DNA of 64,000 bases from Adineta vaga (lineage: Eukaryota > Animalia > Rotifera), in the NCBI GenBank assembly GCA_021613535.1, contig CP075497.1, positions 4,526,001-4,590,000 on the forward strand, given 5' to 3'. Shown piece after piece: positions 23,122 through 38,307 of this stretch (positions within the stretch are counted from its first letter, which is position 1; each line of letters opens with the position of its first letter). The notes under the pieces were generated by a model that saw only the letters and a program-made list of their open reading frames with translations, ran no database searches and was not told where the DNA came from. A program made the position numbers and the translations under genes.

Positions 23122-24801
23122 TTACAAATCAGTCGATTTTGCATGAGTTGTCGAATCTATTGTGTCACGAAATAAATGATGTTGTTTACTCAATGAAACA
23201 ATCGAATCTTTTTTTCCATCATTGTTTGTATGCAATGGAGTTGTTGACATTGAAGTTTCAGCCGTCGGAGAATTTAATATCACAGTTGGCGACGGATGAA
23301 TTCCAATATCAGTATGTTTAGTTTCGAAATTTGTTTTACTAAGTTCAAAATTATTGTTATGATGAGATTTGGAGAGAAGTTGTGTTGTTGAAGGTAATCG
23401 AGATTGTCGTGTTTGATTTATTGCGGGACATAAAAGTTTTGTAAATGCATCTCGAAATGCTCGCGACATACGACAATAAATAAAGAAATTAATTGGATAT
23501 GATAATAATACAGCAAAATTAAGCAATTGGGCGGAAATATCTAAAAATTCTGCTATAGAATGTATATCTAAAATCTTTACTACACCAGATATAATCAAAT
23601 GAAGTGCCATCGGAATTTCCACAGTTAAAAATAACGTTACAACAATGACCTATAAAATTTAAAGAAATGAATTTTGAACATTCATTCTGTGATTTTTTCT
23701 TATCACTTACAAGCATTAATGTAACGCTTGTTTGTTCTTGTGCACGAGCTTCATGACTTCGTTTAACAATAAGTCTATCTCGATTTTGTTTGGCTTCTTT
23801 CATACGTTGAACTAAAATAGCGTTTAATATAACAAGTACTGTGCATGGACCAATATTAATTAACAGAGCACGTAAAACGTAATATATAGAATAATATGTA
23901 CTATAAGCTGGATCTCTTGAACGATCAATTACACGACAAGCATCGAAAGAAATTTTGGGATCAATTTTTGAATGTACCGGAGAAGGATAAAATGAACCTT
24001 CAAGAAACATAGGAATAGCAACAATTAATGCTAATATATTAACAACAATGACTGCTTTTAAAGCCATTGCTACTGTACACCATTGTTTAGCTTTTTCTGA
24101 ATGACAAACATAGATATATCGTTGAATGGCTAGAACAACAGTTACCTAGAAAAAAAAATATTTATAGATAATATTAAAAAGAAAATCTATTCCTTCGGGC
24201 AGATTTATTTTCTCTGACAGAATTCAATTATCTTCAATAAATAATGCATTTTTTCTGTTAAATATAATTTGCATAAAGATATGATTAGTTTATGGAGTTT
24301 GAATTCGCTGGAAAAATATTATTTATCTTTCTTTTTTAAGTAATCAATTACATACTATTAAAGCCGTATAACGCATGAGTACATCAAACCTACCCAGATC
24401 GAACATGTATGAAACATAAACGGAAGCACCTCACAATTAATTCGATGAAACCAACCATAATTAAACGGCAAGTAATCATTACAGTTTTGAAATGTAAATA
24501 CATAAATATATGATGGAAAAGGAAATAGTCCTGTCAATGTATCATAGAGCGCTAAAGCAAGTAAAAGAAGATTTGTTGGTGAACGAAGATGTTTTTGAAG
24601 TAGAACGACGGCAATTAAAGAATTTAATACAGTCGATATAATAATAATTAATGGAGCACAAACACCTTGTAAAATAATATAATAAGTTGGAGGACGATGA
24701 TCAGGATTATATGGATACCAATCATCTTGGTCAGACGAATTTGGAATAATATGAAATAGTGATGTTTGATTTAATGCAACAGCCATTGTTTGAAAGTTCA
24801 A
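23122..24801 (-). CDS. SPR: Rhodopsin-class peptide GPCR, sex-peptide/myoinhibitory-peptide receptor-like, 3 coding exons
   Basis: HTCSIWVTVVLAIQRYIYVCH...WCT resembles SPR/MIP-R TM3-ICL2; also GPC.VLV.LN and SYPINFFIYCRMSRAFR. Confidence 0.8.
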
Positions 24802-25811
24802 TGAAGAATGGGATGCAATTGTTTTATTGTTGTTACCAGTATTAAACCATTGTCTAAGAAAAATATATATAAGTACAACTTATTCTATGAAGGGAAAAAG
24901 AACCGAGTAATGATGAATGTCATTAATAACATGAAGAGAAAGCACTTCTTGGATGTTTTCAAGTGTCGAGATTATCAATGTCTGAAGTTCTCTTCTTCTA
25001 TCTAGTTAGTTTGTTGATGATTTTCTAAATCATTAGACGACTATCATTCGATCAAATGTAACAAAAAGAAGAAAAAAACACATGAAGAGAAATAACTAGT
25101 AGTAATATAATTCGCCGACGGAAACAAACAAAGAATATATATGATATACATGAATGTTTTCTGATAAAGAAAGTAAGAATATTGGATATAGTAGAGAGAT
25201 GAGTAAGAGAAAAATGTTCACGATAGCGTTCGACAACATTCAACCCTTAAGGCGCTCCTCTCAACAGGAAGAAAGAGACAGGAATAACCGAGAGAACGTC
25301 ATCAATTACGTTCTGTTGTAATTTGGTTGATGCTAAGGAAAAGATGGTTAAAATCATAAATCATTCTTACATCTTTATACCTCTGTTCTGTTCGTTCATT
25401 CATTATTTTCTCCCTCTTTTCTTTCTTATCTGAATATATACACATACACCTCGATGTGATTTCCAAATGTTGAGACAGTTCTAAACGTAGATTTGTCTTT
25501 GTTTTTCATCTAACTCTTTTCTGATATAATAAACAGTTGATAATGGTAACAAATTGTCGACTGATGAGTGAAAATGTCAGATAGAAAGCCTATGTAATAT
25601 ATAAAATAATTTGCTAGCACGGTACCGTGCACAACAAATTAATGTAGTATGTAAAGTGAAAGGAAAAGGAATTCTTTATAGAATAGATGTCGAACAAGAT
25701 CAAGCTCATGTACTAGTATAAAAAAAGCGTAAAAAAAGAAAGAAAAAGTCGCTTTTTGCTTCTAAGCTTATACATTTCTTTTATTGTTTAGCTTAGGAAA
25801 TATCTATAATC

Positions 25812-25840
25812 TATATACATATATATATATATATATATAT
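25812..25840. repeat. (TA)n microsatellite
   Basis: Visible TATATA run. Confidence 0.8.
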
Positions 25841-28800
25841 TATTGACTCAATTATCTATAGACGCGACTTCAAGTCAGATATGCTCTATTTTCTATACAG
25901 TCGATAATAAATATGAATAAATTATAATAACTAATCCATCGGATTTCTAGCCGTCATTCAAATTATTTTAATTTAATATCGATCCGACTAAGCAATAATA
26001 ATGGCAAAAATTCGGAAAATCAGATGGAAAGGAAAAAAAGGACTGAATGGTTTACTTATTGTAATTTATTCATTTTTATTATTGACTTTTTCGAACTGGT
26101 GCATGTCTACCTCAAGTTGCTTACAAATGATAGAAATTCAAAATGCACCAGTATATTTATATCTATAAATCGATACAAGAGAAAATATCAACTGTTAGTT
26201 TTCAATTACCTCGATTCTGTCAATAAGTATAATCATTGTTTTTTGAAGAAAAATACACATGATATTTATAATATAAACCTCTTTGCCAACATCGAATATT
26301 TTTCTTCTCTCATTTTACATTCAAAGGTTTATATTTCCTTTTTAGCTATTAATAATAAGATTAGACTTTTTCCCTTTGATGAACATCTAGTCAAAAAGAA
26401 AATTTGCTAATTTTATTTTTGGTCTTGTCAAACTAATAACATGCGTGTTAATTTCTCACTTATTTACTGAGTAAATTGCTGATTATATTGACTGTCTACT
26501 AAGCAGTTTAGTGCAACAAGTAAGAAAAAACTCATTTGTTCTATTGGTCTTGATAGTGAACTATATGAAAGAGAAAGAGAGAAGGTGGAAAAAACCTATT
26601 TATCGCAAGTCATCGACGGCTATATGTAATGCGAGTGGATTTATTGTATATACAGATTAGAAGAATGATATAGACAAAAGGAAAACCGTGATTTCTTATT
26701 AGAAATACATAATTATCTCTCCAGATAGCTAGAAATGGTTGATTAGTTCCTTCGTTACAATAAAATAAACTACTAACCACCCACTCACTAAATAATATTA
26801 ACGATATTGATAACAGATTTTTGATAATACACTGTTTTGCTTGCTTTTCTGTGCTTATACTATTGATATAAATATATGTAATTTAGTTTGATGTCTATTA
26901 GGAACACAGTCGTCAAAAGAAATAGAGAGAAAGAGAGAGAGAGAGTAGAAAGAAAGAAAATTCACAAAACAAAAAATGAGTTGATAAATAACAAGATCCA
27001 ATGCGCTTATTTAACATGCATGAACTAGTACAATGGGACTGCTGAGTGTATCTGTATTTAATATAGCCTGCTGTTTTTTTTTCCTTGTATTTTAACAATA
27101 AAGCTATACCGTCTCTGTCAAAATATAATTTAATCGTATTTCACACGATTACAGAGTATAATTAATTGTATATGAAAAAAAGGCGCAATTGTGTGTTTTT
27201 CTCTTTAATAGAATACAATCTTTATTCTAGAAGAGAAATATATAGGATATTATAGACTATATATCGTTTCTTATTTTATATATTTATGTATAAAAAATAT
27301 CATCGACTAAAGTGGTATCGATCAACACAATGTCTTATCATTCATGTTCTTCTCGATCGATACACCCAATCAACGAGTAGATTGATGTTTTAACTGCTAA
27401 ACTTAGCTTGTGATGACAGATGATGATGTTAGACAAAAACGAGATCGTTGAGGAACAGGAAAAAGAAACATGACAAAGGACACATTGACGTCATGATAAA
27501 AGACATGGACAACTTGTCAACTAAAAAAACTAATAGGACTACTTGCGGGACATACAAGCATATCTTTGTGGATGTATGTGTGTTTGCTTCAGATAGAATT
27601 CAACTACTATTACTTTCCTAGTACTCTTTTGGTTTATGTTTTCTAGGTAATTAATGTGCTGACAATTTTGACATCTATATATATAAACATTGAAAATAGA
27701 AGAACTCGATAGTTCAAGATCTCTTTCCTCTTTACAATTATGACTTCAAAATAACCAGAGAAACAACTATCGTATGCTTGAAATTTGTTTTTCATTCAAT
27801 GCTAAATTTGACAAAAAACATATCAATAATTGTGTCTGAAGGGAATAGAAGATTATGAGAGACAAAAAAAGAAATTCTATAGTTGCTGATCATTTGGGAC
27901 TTTGCTAACAATAGGTAGTATCAATAGAGCAAGAAAACCCGAATGTCATTTATAATTGTCTTCATCAGATTCGAAAGTCAAGAAGAAGAAGAAAAAAGAA
28001 AAATGAATAACATTACTCACATAAAGTCTTTGTCTTTAATCATCGGTAGATACATTGTTTCTTCTTGCTCGATATTACCGTTAGGATAAGACATTTTTGT
28101 AAATGATAATATGTTTTTTTCGAAAGATTACGACTCCTAATATGAGGAAAACAAGGAAAGAATTATGTATCGATGTTTTTCTATACATAACCTACATACA
28201 TTAGGCATATAAACTATGTTGTTAGGCAACAATCAGATCTTTTCTTTCTCTCTCTCTCTCTTCTTTCGATTATTATTTAAACATATTGAAATAAATATTT
28301 TTTCTATGAGAAAATAAAACAAGAAAAAAAAATCAAGAAATCAACTGAAGTATTTCCATTTTTCTAACGTTCTAATTTCATTTTGTCAAAACCGGATACA
28401 CTCAATGAAAGCGATGTGTCTTTTTATCCAGAAAAAGAAGTCTACTGAAATACTATTTTAACTATGTAATTTGATAGAAATGCAAAAAGAAAAACGACAA
28501 TCATAGACTTAAAGAATCATTTTTCTCTTTTTTATTCGAATTTCTTGAAAATAATTGATAGCAAAAAAAAACTTTTTTCTTCGTTTTAGTTACTAATTTG
28601 TATGATATTCTTTTTCCTAAGAAGTATATAATACTCTTTTAGGAAAGCAAAATCTATCGATTGACTTCGTTATCTTTCTCTTTACGTTGCCATTATCCAA
28701 CGAGAACTATTCTCATCTGATATCGATTTAGACTTTTTGTCGTATTACTTAGAATTCTAAGGTTGATGAAGAAAGAAATTAGCCAGAACAACTTCTGATG

Positions 28801-31133
28801 GTTACTTACATTGTGACAACAAGTAAAGAACAAGTCAAATTGTCATGTGTATGCCTGTATCATATTTGCTGACTGACTGACTATTTGACTGACGTTGTGC
28901 GGCTCGGTAACAGATCAAATAAACGACGAAGGGAAAGAAGGAAGAACTTGAGACATCTCTTTTTCCTTTTTCTCCATCTTACACTATGATCTCATCTAAT
29001 AAACGATCTACACTTTGTTCGCGCTTTTCTATTTTTGTCTATGTATATGTCTTCTGTTACTCTTAGAACGACAATAGTAAGACATGCAAACTATAATCAT
29101 CATCCGGTATCCATCTCGTTTTCCATTATCTGAAACGTTTTTTTTATATACGAATATCCAGAACGATTTACATGCTTGTCGTATTCAGTGCGTGTGTGAC
29201 AAGCTTCGAATATACAAAAGAGATAGAAGAAATATGAGACTTATAAATATCTAAAGTCTTACTTGTTTAGGAATACGTTTGCTTTGTCCTCTTCATTATC
29301 TTCTCTTATATGATAGTTTTATTGTTGTTGCATTACTCAAGAGATCCTTCTTTTTTGATTTTGAAGATTGATTTTCGAGAAATGTTTTACGGAATCTTTT
29401 TCTCTGTATTGATGATTGTTGTTGTTATCTTATCTGATTTCTCGTCAACAAATGATCAAAAACAGAGATCTTAGAAAATAATTTATCATAATTTCTTGCT
29501 CTTTTTCTATGAGAAGAATCTCAACGACATCAACAATTGAATCTCGAACATCTGTTAAATGGAATAATAATGGCAAACGAATAATGAATAGGATATCTTT
29601 GTTTGATTACACTCTTATACGCCATTTGGTCGTAATCTCGATGATTATAAGATTTTATGATTAAAGTCACATCTACCATTCAAATGTATCATTTTCTACT
29701 GAAAAAAGACGAAGAAAAACATCATCAGAGAGCTTTGATTAAATCACAAGCATTGATAGGCTTAAAAACGACTGCCACATTGATTTTGTCCTTAATTTTT
29801 CATTCAGTGTTTTCGTCACTTGACTTAAGACTATCTTGAATGTTATTTGAGTTTTTGCTCTTTCTGGATTTCTGCTATCTGTCAGAACTTATTTGCACTT
29901 TTGTCTATCAACGATTTTTGTTTTCTTCGCTTCTCCAACCAATATTTTATCTGGCAATGATCATTATTAGAATAAATTATACTAAAGAACGTACTCTCGT
30001 CAATACGTTAAGCTTTCTATCCACTGCACAGATCAACTTAGAAATTTATGATGATCTTTATTCTACGAGACGAAGATAGTGATTGACATTGATTAATTCA
30101 ACTGTAAAACATAATTTAACTAAGAAGAGATTAACATATTAAATAATGAATATCGAGATGAATTGTTCATCGAATAATGGAAATTATATTAGGCGCTCAA
30201 AATATCCTTTACTCTCGATTTGGTCTTTACTTTTCTAAAGTACTACGAATAATACAATTCATTCTTAGTTTTAATCTCTTTCATCAAAAGATTCTATACA
30301 AAGATAAGAACATCGCTAAGTCTATTCGAAACAAACAAAGGACAAGAATCTTCTCATTCATTTTTATCTTTCTAATTATGAATACCTTCGATCTTTCATC
30401 ATATGTTACGAATGACAGAAGTATCTGTGACAGTTTTTGACGATATCAAAGAACTATTCTGATAACATCAATCAACTTCATCTCAATCTGCTAGATGAAA
30501 TCTAATAAACAAAATCATAAGTACAAACCTGATGATAGTTATATTTCGATCATAAAATCATCATGAATAATAATTCTTTCTTCTTTTATTTGTTCAAATC
30601 AAGTTTATATTGAATCCATATAGTCTATTGAGTTGATTTGTTTTCGACAACATCGATATATCTTCATTTTCTATTGGAAATATTCTTCAACTCGAATAAC
30701 TGTCATTCGTAGAATGAATGTGAGAGATTCTTCCATATATTTGTTTTTCTTCCTCTCTCCTTTTTTTGTGTCATTTTATCTCATTAACATCAATACTGAT
30801 TTTGACAAGTGTAACATATGTTATTAATAGTAGAAGAGAAAAAAAAAGAACATTGATAATATTTAAGTCATTATTATCGTACAATTCTTTCTAAAGGGCA
30901 AAAGTGAAGAACATGTACGATGAGAGTAAAATAGAAAACTTTGTTTTCTTCATAGATCTATCGAAGAATTCTAATAGCTTTTGTCGTCGTATGTTATATT
31001 TTCAGGGACGATTACTAATATTATCATCAGCGTGTTTATACATTGTCAATCTTAATGAATGACAGAGAGGAAAAAAAAGAAAAAAAATCATAGTACACTA
31101 CAATATCTAATACAAATAACAACAGAAAAGAAA

Positions 31134-31173
31134 AAGAAGAAGAAGAAGAAGAGGAGGAGGAGGAGGAGGAGGA
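31134..31173. repeat. Compound (GAA)n(GAG)n microsatellite in the laminin 3' UTR
   Basis: AAGAAGAAGAAGAAGAAGAGGAGGAGG... Confidence 0.85.
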
Positions 31174-31195
31174 AATGAAGTTGTTTTTTTTGCTT

Positions 31196-34100
31196 TTATC
31201 TTTCTCCAGGTGTACCATCACTATTTTCAATGGGTATCGTTTTAAAACAACCAGTTGGTAAAGATTGTGCTATATTAAGTAGATTATTTACTTGTTGATC
31301 AAGTTGATCATGTTGTAGAACGAATTGATCAGTTTGATCTTTGATAAAATAAGCACCTGAATAAAATTGATCAATAGCAATGAAAACTTTTTCTAATGAA
31401 AGTTCACGAAATTCAATTTCAACTTGATCTAAATGTGTTATATTAATTTGTGTTGAATAATCTAAAATAAAGAAAAATTTGTTTTTTAAATCAATTTTGT
31501 TTTCAACATACTTAATGATGTTTGTAAAGATTTTAATTGTTCAAGTAATTTTCCAACTTGATCACGGGCTGAATTGATCTCATTGGTTAGATTTTTACCA
31601 ATTTCAGATACTTTTTCAATACGACGAACATGAATATCTGCTTGAGATTTGATATCTTTTATGTTATCAAGTGCAATTGATGAACGATTATTAACAGAAT
31701 CTGTTTCTGTTTTTAATGGAATAAGTTTTGCATCGACTTGTTCTTTGATTGTATTGGAATTTTGAACAATATTCTTAAGATATGAAATCAATCATACAAA
31801 TTTTAGTTTTTCAATATTTCTTTCTTACATTATTTTCATAAGCTAATTTCACTTTTTGATGATTATCAATTGCATTGAGAACAGTCGTATTTAATGAACG
31901 ATATTGATCATTCACAATCCAATATTGTCGTGTAATATCCGATGTACGATTTTGAATAGTATCCAAACGATTATATTGAGTTTCGGCATCTTTACTTTGA
32001 GTGTCTTTATCTTGAACGAAGGCTAAGAAAACAAATGAGAAGCGTTTCTTTATTTTTTGTATCGATTCAGAAAAAAAAGATATTACCACGAAGATTTTCT
32101 CGAATCTTATCAACATCACGTTCGATTATTGTTGATTTTTCTACAGCACGTTGAGCTTGTTGTTCAGTTTGACCAACTTCGGCAAATAAATTTTGTGTTT
32201 CCTAGTTAATAAATCAATCGATTGAGTAATAGAAATAAATTAAATTTTCTTATAAAATTACTTGACTAGCATCTTGAACGGATATTTGTAGAGATTTAAT
32301 TTCTCGATCGAAATTTTTCGATATATCTTGTAGTTTATACATTTGATTAACAAATGTTTTCATATCATTTTCAAGTTTTTTCACTTCGTTAGTGATTTTT
32401 TTAACTTGTTCTCGAAGTTGATTCGATGAATCAAGTGTTAAACCTGATTGATCAACTGAAAGATTTGTTAGATTTGATTTCCATTCTGATGTTGATACTT
32501 TCACTTCTTCAACGCGACGAAGAAGATTTGTTGATTGATCAATTAATTTTTGTCGACGAAGATCAAGTGATGTTAATCTAAACGACATAAAGAAATGCAT
32601 TTTTTAAATATTCATTTGAATAAACCTTTGTTTCATATTATTTTCCAATTGATCACGAATTAATGCTTCAGAAACACTAAGTTTTGTATTGAGAAGAAGT
32701 TCAGCTGTTTGACTTTGATTTAAAGCATCATCGTAAGATTTTTGTAACGATTTCAATGTTTCACTTAAATGATTAATACGTGTTTGCATAATTAATGTTT
32801 TGTTAATAGCCGACTCGTGTTGATTATCACTCGTACGACTGTTTGGACCAATGGTTTGTAATAATTTATTTATTCGAGCTGAAAATATATGTGTGTCTAA
32901 GCAGAAACAAAAACGAATTAAACAATTATTCTCATACTTAATTGATATGTTGTATCATTGAGAAATGTATCGTTAGCTTTTTGAAGAATATCACGAATAC
33001 GATCATTTTGGGCAATGAATTCGGGTAATTCTCGTTCTAATCGACGGTAACGTCCCTCAAATTCAGTAACATTCATTTTAAATTGAGCATCTTGTTGATC
33101 ATAATCTGTTGTATTGCGATAGATAAGTCCAGCTCCTAGCAATAGAAAACATTTGATATATATATATATATAGATGTTGAAAGAAAACAAATTTGAATCT
33201 TTTACGTTGTAAATCAATTTGTAAATCATTTAAATTCTGTGCCAATCCGTCAAGTTCACTTGTTAAACGTTTATCTTCACGGAAATTGTTCAATGTTTGT
33301 GATGAATTTAATGTCGAAATTGCATTTTGTAATAAATTAAGATCTCGTCGATAACGATTAACACGTTTTTGCACTTCTCGATAACATGGTGGACAATCTG
33401 AAATTCAATCGAAAGACAAATCATTGTATTCGCGAAGAGAAATTTATCGAATTCATACTTGGACATTCAAAACCATCTCGATATTTATTTTCTTCACATA
33501 AATCACATCGTTGCCCCATAAAATTTTCTTTGCAAGGACATTGGCCCGTGCCAATATCACATTGAACATCAAGAGAACCATATTGATCACAACTACATGC
33601 TAAAATTATATTTTCGATAAGAAAAAAATCTGGACAATATCTTTCTATGAATAGACGAACCTGAACAACCACTCGATGAAAATCCATAATGATTAGGTAA
33701 ACAACGATCGCAATATTGACCTGTAACACCTGGTTTACAGAAACATTGACCAGTATTGACAGAACAGGAAATATTATAAGCACCAATTGGATTACATTTA
33801 CACGTTTCACAACCTATGAGAAAGGAATGAGGTAAAAAAAAGTACAGAGATATTGAATGAAATCAATTTTACCTCGATCTGAATTTAAATTCCAGTAACC
33901 GTTTTCACAACGATCACATTGACGTCCTTGTACATTGGATTTACATGGACAATGACCTGTTTGAAGATTACATTGAACAAGTGAATTATCACTATGACGT
34001 TGAGTGCCTTTTGGATGACAATTACAAGCTATAAACATCAAATCAAATAAATTTTAATCAAGTTCACATATGGTCAATAAACAATTTCTTTACCATGACA

Positions 34101-37100
34101 TTTTATATCAAGTAAAGCATCACCCCAATGACCAGGTAAACATTTTTCACAATAAACACCATATGTATTTCGTGTACAACGTAAACAATGTCCAGTAGTT
34201 CTATCAAATTATTAAACACACGAACACGTATATATTAGAAAATATCAGGTTGAATAACGTACGTATTACAATTATTAATAGTATTGGTATCAATATTTCC
34301 ACTGCAACTACATAATTCACAAGGTCTTCTTACACCCGTGACAAGACCTTCTGGATCACCAAAATATCCATCATCACAATATTCACAACGATCACCTTTC
34401 AAAAAAGAATGTTATAGATAGCGACAATCGTATCTTTTTTTTCTTTCAAAGATCTACCTGTATATCCGGCCGGACAATTCAAACAAACGACATGTTGGCC
34501 TGGTAGTGATAATTGTGTGCAAGAAACACCAGCAGGACACGGGCACTTTTGACAATCATCTGGTGTTCCACGGAGAGCTTCGCCATAATATCCTGGTAAA
34601 CAACGTTCACAATTATCACCTGTTGTATGATGTTGACATGCACATCTTCCCGTTTCAACATCACAAGAAAACGAATGATTATGACAATCACAAGGTACAC
34701 AACTAGCAAATGGACCACCAAAGGATGGTTCTCGACGATAACCAATAGCACAATATTCACATCGTTCTCCATAATAACCTTGAGGACATGGCGAACAAGT
34801 TTCAACATTACCAACAGGAAACAAACCAGCTGATGGTGTTGAATGTCCAAGAGAAATTTCACCAAGAAAACTAACAGCATTATCAATACCAAATGTTGCA
34901 TGAACACGAATAGCAGTAACATTTGATAGAAGACGCATAAATTCAAGAAACGATAAAGTGGGTGACCATGATTGTTCATTTAATCTTAAATAAAAACAAA
35001 CATGTCATCGATAGTTATAATATAATCAATAGTATATTTACCGATAGCGAAATGTGTGAGGTTCTTCAGAAGGAATCGTTTGTTGAACACCTCCATAGAT
35101 AACGACACCAACTTTTACTCCATTAGCACCTTCAATAGCAACATCAGCATGTGTATACATACGATTGACATTTGCTGGTGCACGTAAAATCAATATAAAT
35201 GTTAAGAATTGATTGTATGACAAAGTACGATCACCCAAATAACGAGCTAAAACACAAGTTATTCATCCTGGTCAACAAATCATCAAAGGAAAATATACTT
35301 TCTTACCTGGTGCTTCAAATGTGAGATCTTGACCAGGTAATGGCTGAACATAAATATAACTACCAGTGTCACTATAAATAGATGCTGCATGTCCTGTTTG
35401 ATTTACTGCTCGCCATCCATCAGTACCTAATAAAAATACATCGTTATTTGTAGCAATGAAATATCCAAATTCATACCTTGTGAAAAAGAAGATCGTATAG
35501 GATTAAAATAATAATTTGATGCAGATTGACATGTTGAAGCATGTCCATAACAAAAACATTTGGTACAACCATCTGGATTCGTCGGGTCCAAATTAAAATA
35601 ACCTGATCGACATCTGTATCATACGGGAAAAGAACAAATAGTATAATCGAAAATCAAATCTATTTATAGATAATTACTTGTCACAATTTTGTCCTTCTAC
35701 AAAGGTTTTACAAGAGCATTGACCTGTTTTTGGATTACACTGGAGTGGTTGTGAAGCACCCGCTTCATAACAAGTACATCGACTATATAAGAAAGAACAA
35801 AAAATTCAACAATAACAAAAACAAACATAAGAGAAATATACGTACGCGCAACCATTCGGCCCAAAATTATAATGATATGGTGCACACTGATTACATTTAT
35901 CACCAATAACACCCGGTTTACATCGACATCGACCATCCGTTGCACATTGCACACTTTCCGAACCTATGTTCATTGAACATTATGATTATATTCTATTCAT
36001 ATAAACTATAACTTACCGATTGGGTCACATCCGCAAGCTGAACATTCACCTTCACTCTCAGGTAATCGATAGAAACCCAATTTACAACTTTCACAATTGG
36101 GTCCACCACGATTACCAGCGCAATCAATGCATACACTACCATGTCCCGTACGTTCAAATAGTTCTCGGTTGAATGTACAATTTTTCGCATAACCATTACA
36201 AACACAAGCTAAAGGAAAAGAAAACGTTATTCATTCTATCTATCTTTTCGACTATATCTTCATCAATGAAACCTTTGCATGGATGTGCATCGAGAACACC
36301 AGCAGGTTTCCATGGTGCATCATTATAAGCTGGATGACACGTGTCACAATCTCCACCGATTGTATTATGTTCACATTCACATCGTGTTTCATTTTTATGT
36401 TCACCACCTTTTTTCGTACATTTATTTGCATGACCATTACAATGACAACTGAAAGACGATGAAAAAAAAACAGATATCCTTAATGAATAAAAACATATCT
36501 ATTTGATTCAACTTTACCGGCCACCAACAGCTAAATCTGAAATAGCGTAGAAATAAGTTCGAAGTACAGCAGGTTGACCAAACATTTCATCTCCAAATGT
36601 GTTCATTCGAACAAGTTGAATACGAATTTGAGAAGCTGTTATCCAATCCTTTGAAATAAATGATATTTATATATATATATATATATTAGTCATTTCATCA
36701 ATGAATGAATTCTTCATACTTGAAGATCATTACGCATTTCAAATGTTATTGCACCTGGTCGCCAATCAAGTGTTCCAAATGCTACTTCTGAACCATGTAA
36801 GGGTGTTAAATCACTAAAATCTTCTGAACAAATAGCTTCTGTATCAAAATCAGGATATTTTTTTGCTGGTAAGCCAAACGTAAGCATACACGATGCACTA
36901 TAATACTGATATGGTATCCAAGAACTATTTTCATTTGTACGTTTATAAATAACAAAACTTTCAGGTTTAGGTGATTGAAATGTTAGTTTAATATATGTGA
37001 CATCATAAGTTTTTCCTAAATTAAATAAGACACAGAAAACTGAGTTTTTTTTTCAGAAAAGAATGTGGCTTACCCAAATCAAGTGTTAAATTAACTGTTT

Positions 37101-37638
37101 GTGGATAATTAATGCCTTCGAGCATTGTTTCACTTTGCCACCATGTAAGATTACCTCGTTGATTGAAATCAGTCATATAATCAGGTGGATGAGCTCGTGG
37201 TGAATCACGACTATCACAAACTAGACAATTTTTCTGTTCATTACCCGACAGATAATCATCAAAAAGGGCACTTTGTGGTGGACCTGTTTGGATACAATAT
37301 TCTGTGCCAGTATTTGTCGAATCAATTTTCCAACGTTCACCACAAGTATTCGATGCATTAACTGGCCGACGAAATGCCGCATTAATAAATTCGGGTAGAC
37401 AGCGAATAGCATCACCAGTTGATTTATTATAGCATGTTTGTTCTTCGATTACAATAGGCGGAGGAGTTAAAATTTCTAATGGCTTTTTTGTTGTCGTTTT
37501 TTTGGGAATCGCACGATTTGAAGCGGATTTTGAATTCGATCGACTTTTTTGTGCGGAAACATTTGAAAATTCACCGAGTATAATTAAACATAGGAAGAAA
37601 AACGTTCTAGTTATTGTAAATACACCACACACTGTCAT
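31196..37638 (-). CDS. LAMC1: Laminin gamma chain, multi-exon
   Basis: Signal peptide; LN domain ([27 protein letters not shown]); LE repeats; L4 domain; NIDTNTI at the nidogen-binding LE; coiled coil; C-terminal LPTGCF...PIE. Confidence 0.93.
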
Positions 37639-38307
37639 TGTTGCCTCGATTGCGATAAAAAGACGTATGCCGTATTTATATGAATGAGGAGTGTTAATGT
37701 TCACACTAGTCTTGATTACGGCATGTGGTTTCGTCGTATAAAGATTGATTTCTTGCACTCTTTCTATTCGCGTAATACACACACAGACACAAAAGCTTTT
37801 TTCTCTTCCCACCACTACTCTTCTAACTGTTGAACGTCTATACTAACGTAGAGATATTGCGTTCATTCATGACCAGATATGACTCTCTGTTCTTTCACTC
37901 CGTTTTTTTTTCGTTAGTATAGACGAGAAGAAAGGCGAGTATCATCATCAATGCGTTAAGAAGAAAAAAACTCCGAGTAAGAGAGATTGAACGAACGCGT
38001 ACCACCCTAACCATCCACTCAACCGCAGAAACGATGGACGATAACTGACCCAGTACGTGTATTATTATTATATATGGATATGTACGTATACATCGAATGA
38101 GAAAGAAAGGAAAAGAAAAAGTACGAGACTACCATTAGTATCAAGACTGACCATATACACGTAATCACTTCGTTTTTTTTTCTTCTTTTCTTTTATTCAT
38201 TATTTCAAAAGTACAATAAACACACCGAGCAGTTCAGATAAAGATTAAAAACTTTGATTGCAAAATTGAATCGTTATCGAGACGAAAAAGACATTCGAAA
38301 GAAGTTA

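Noticed and set aside
29280-30440. Short ORFs at 29657, 29840 and 30177 and minus-strand open stretches
   Set aside because: Low-complexity AT-rich translations with no coherent splice model or motifs.
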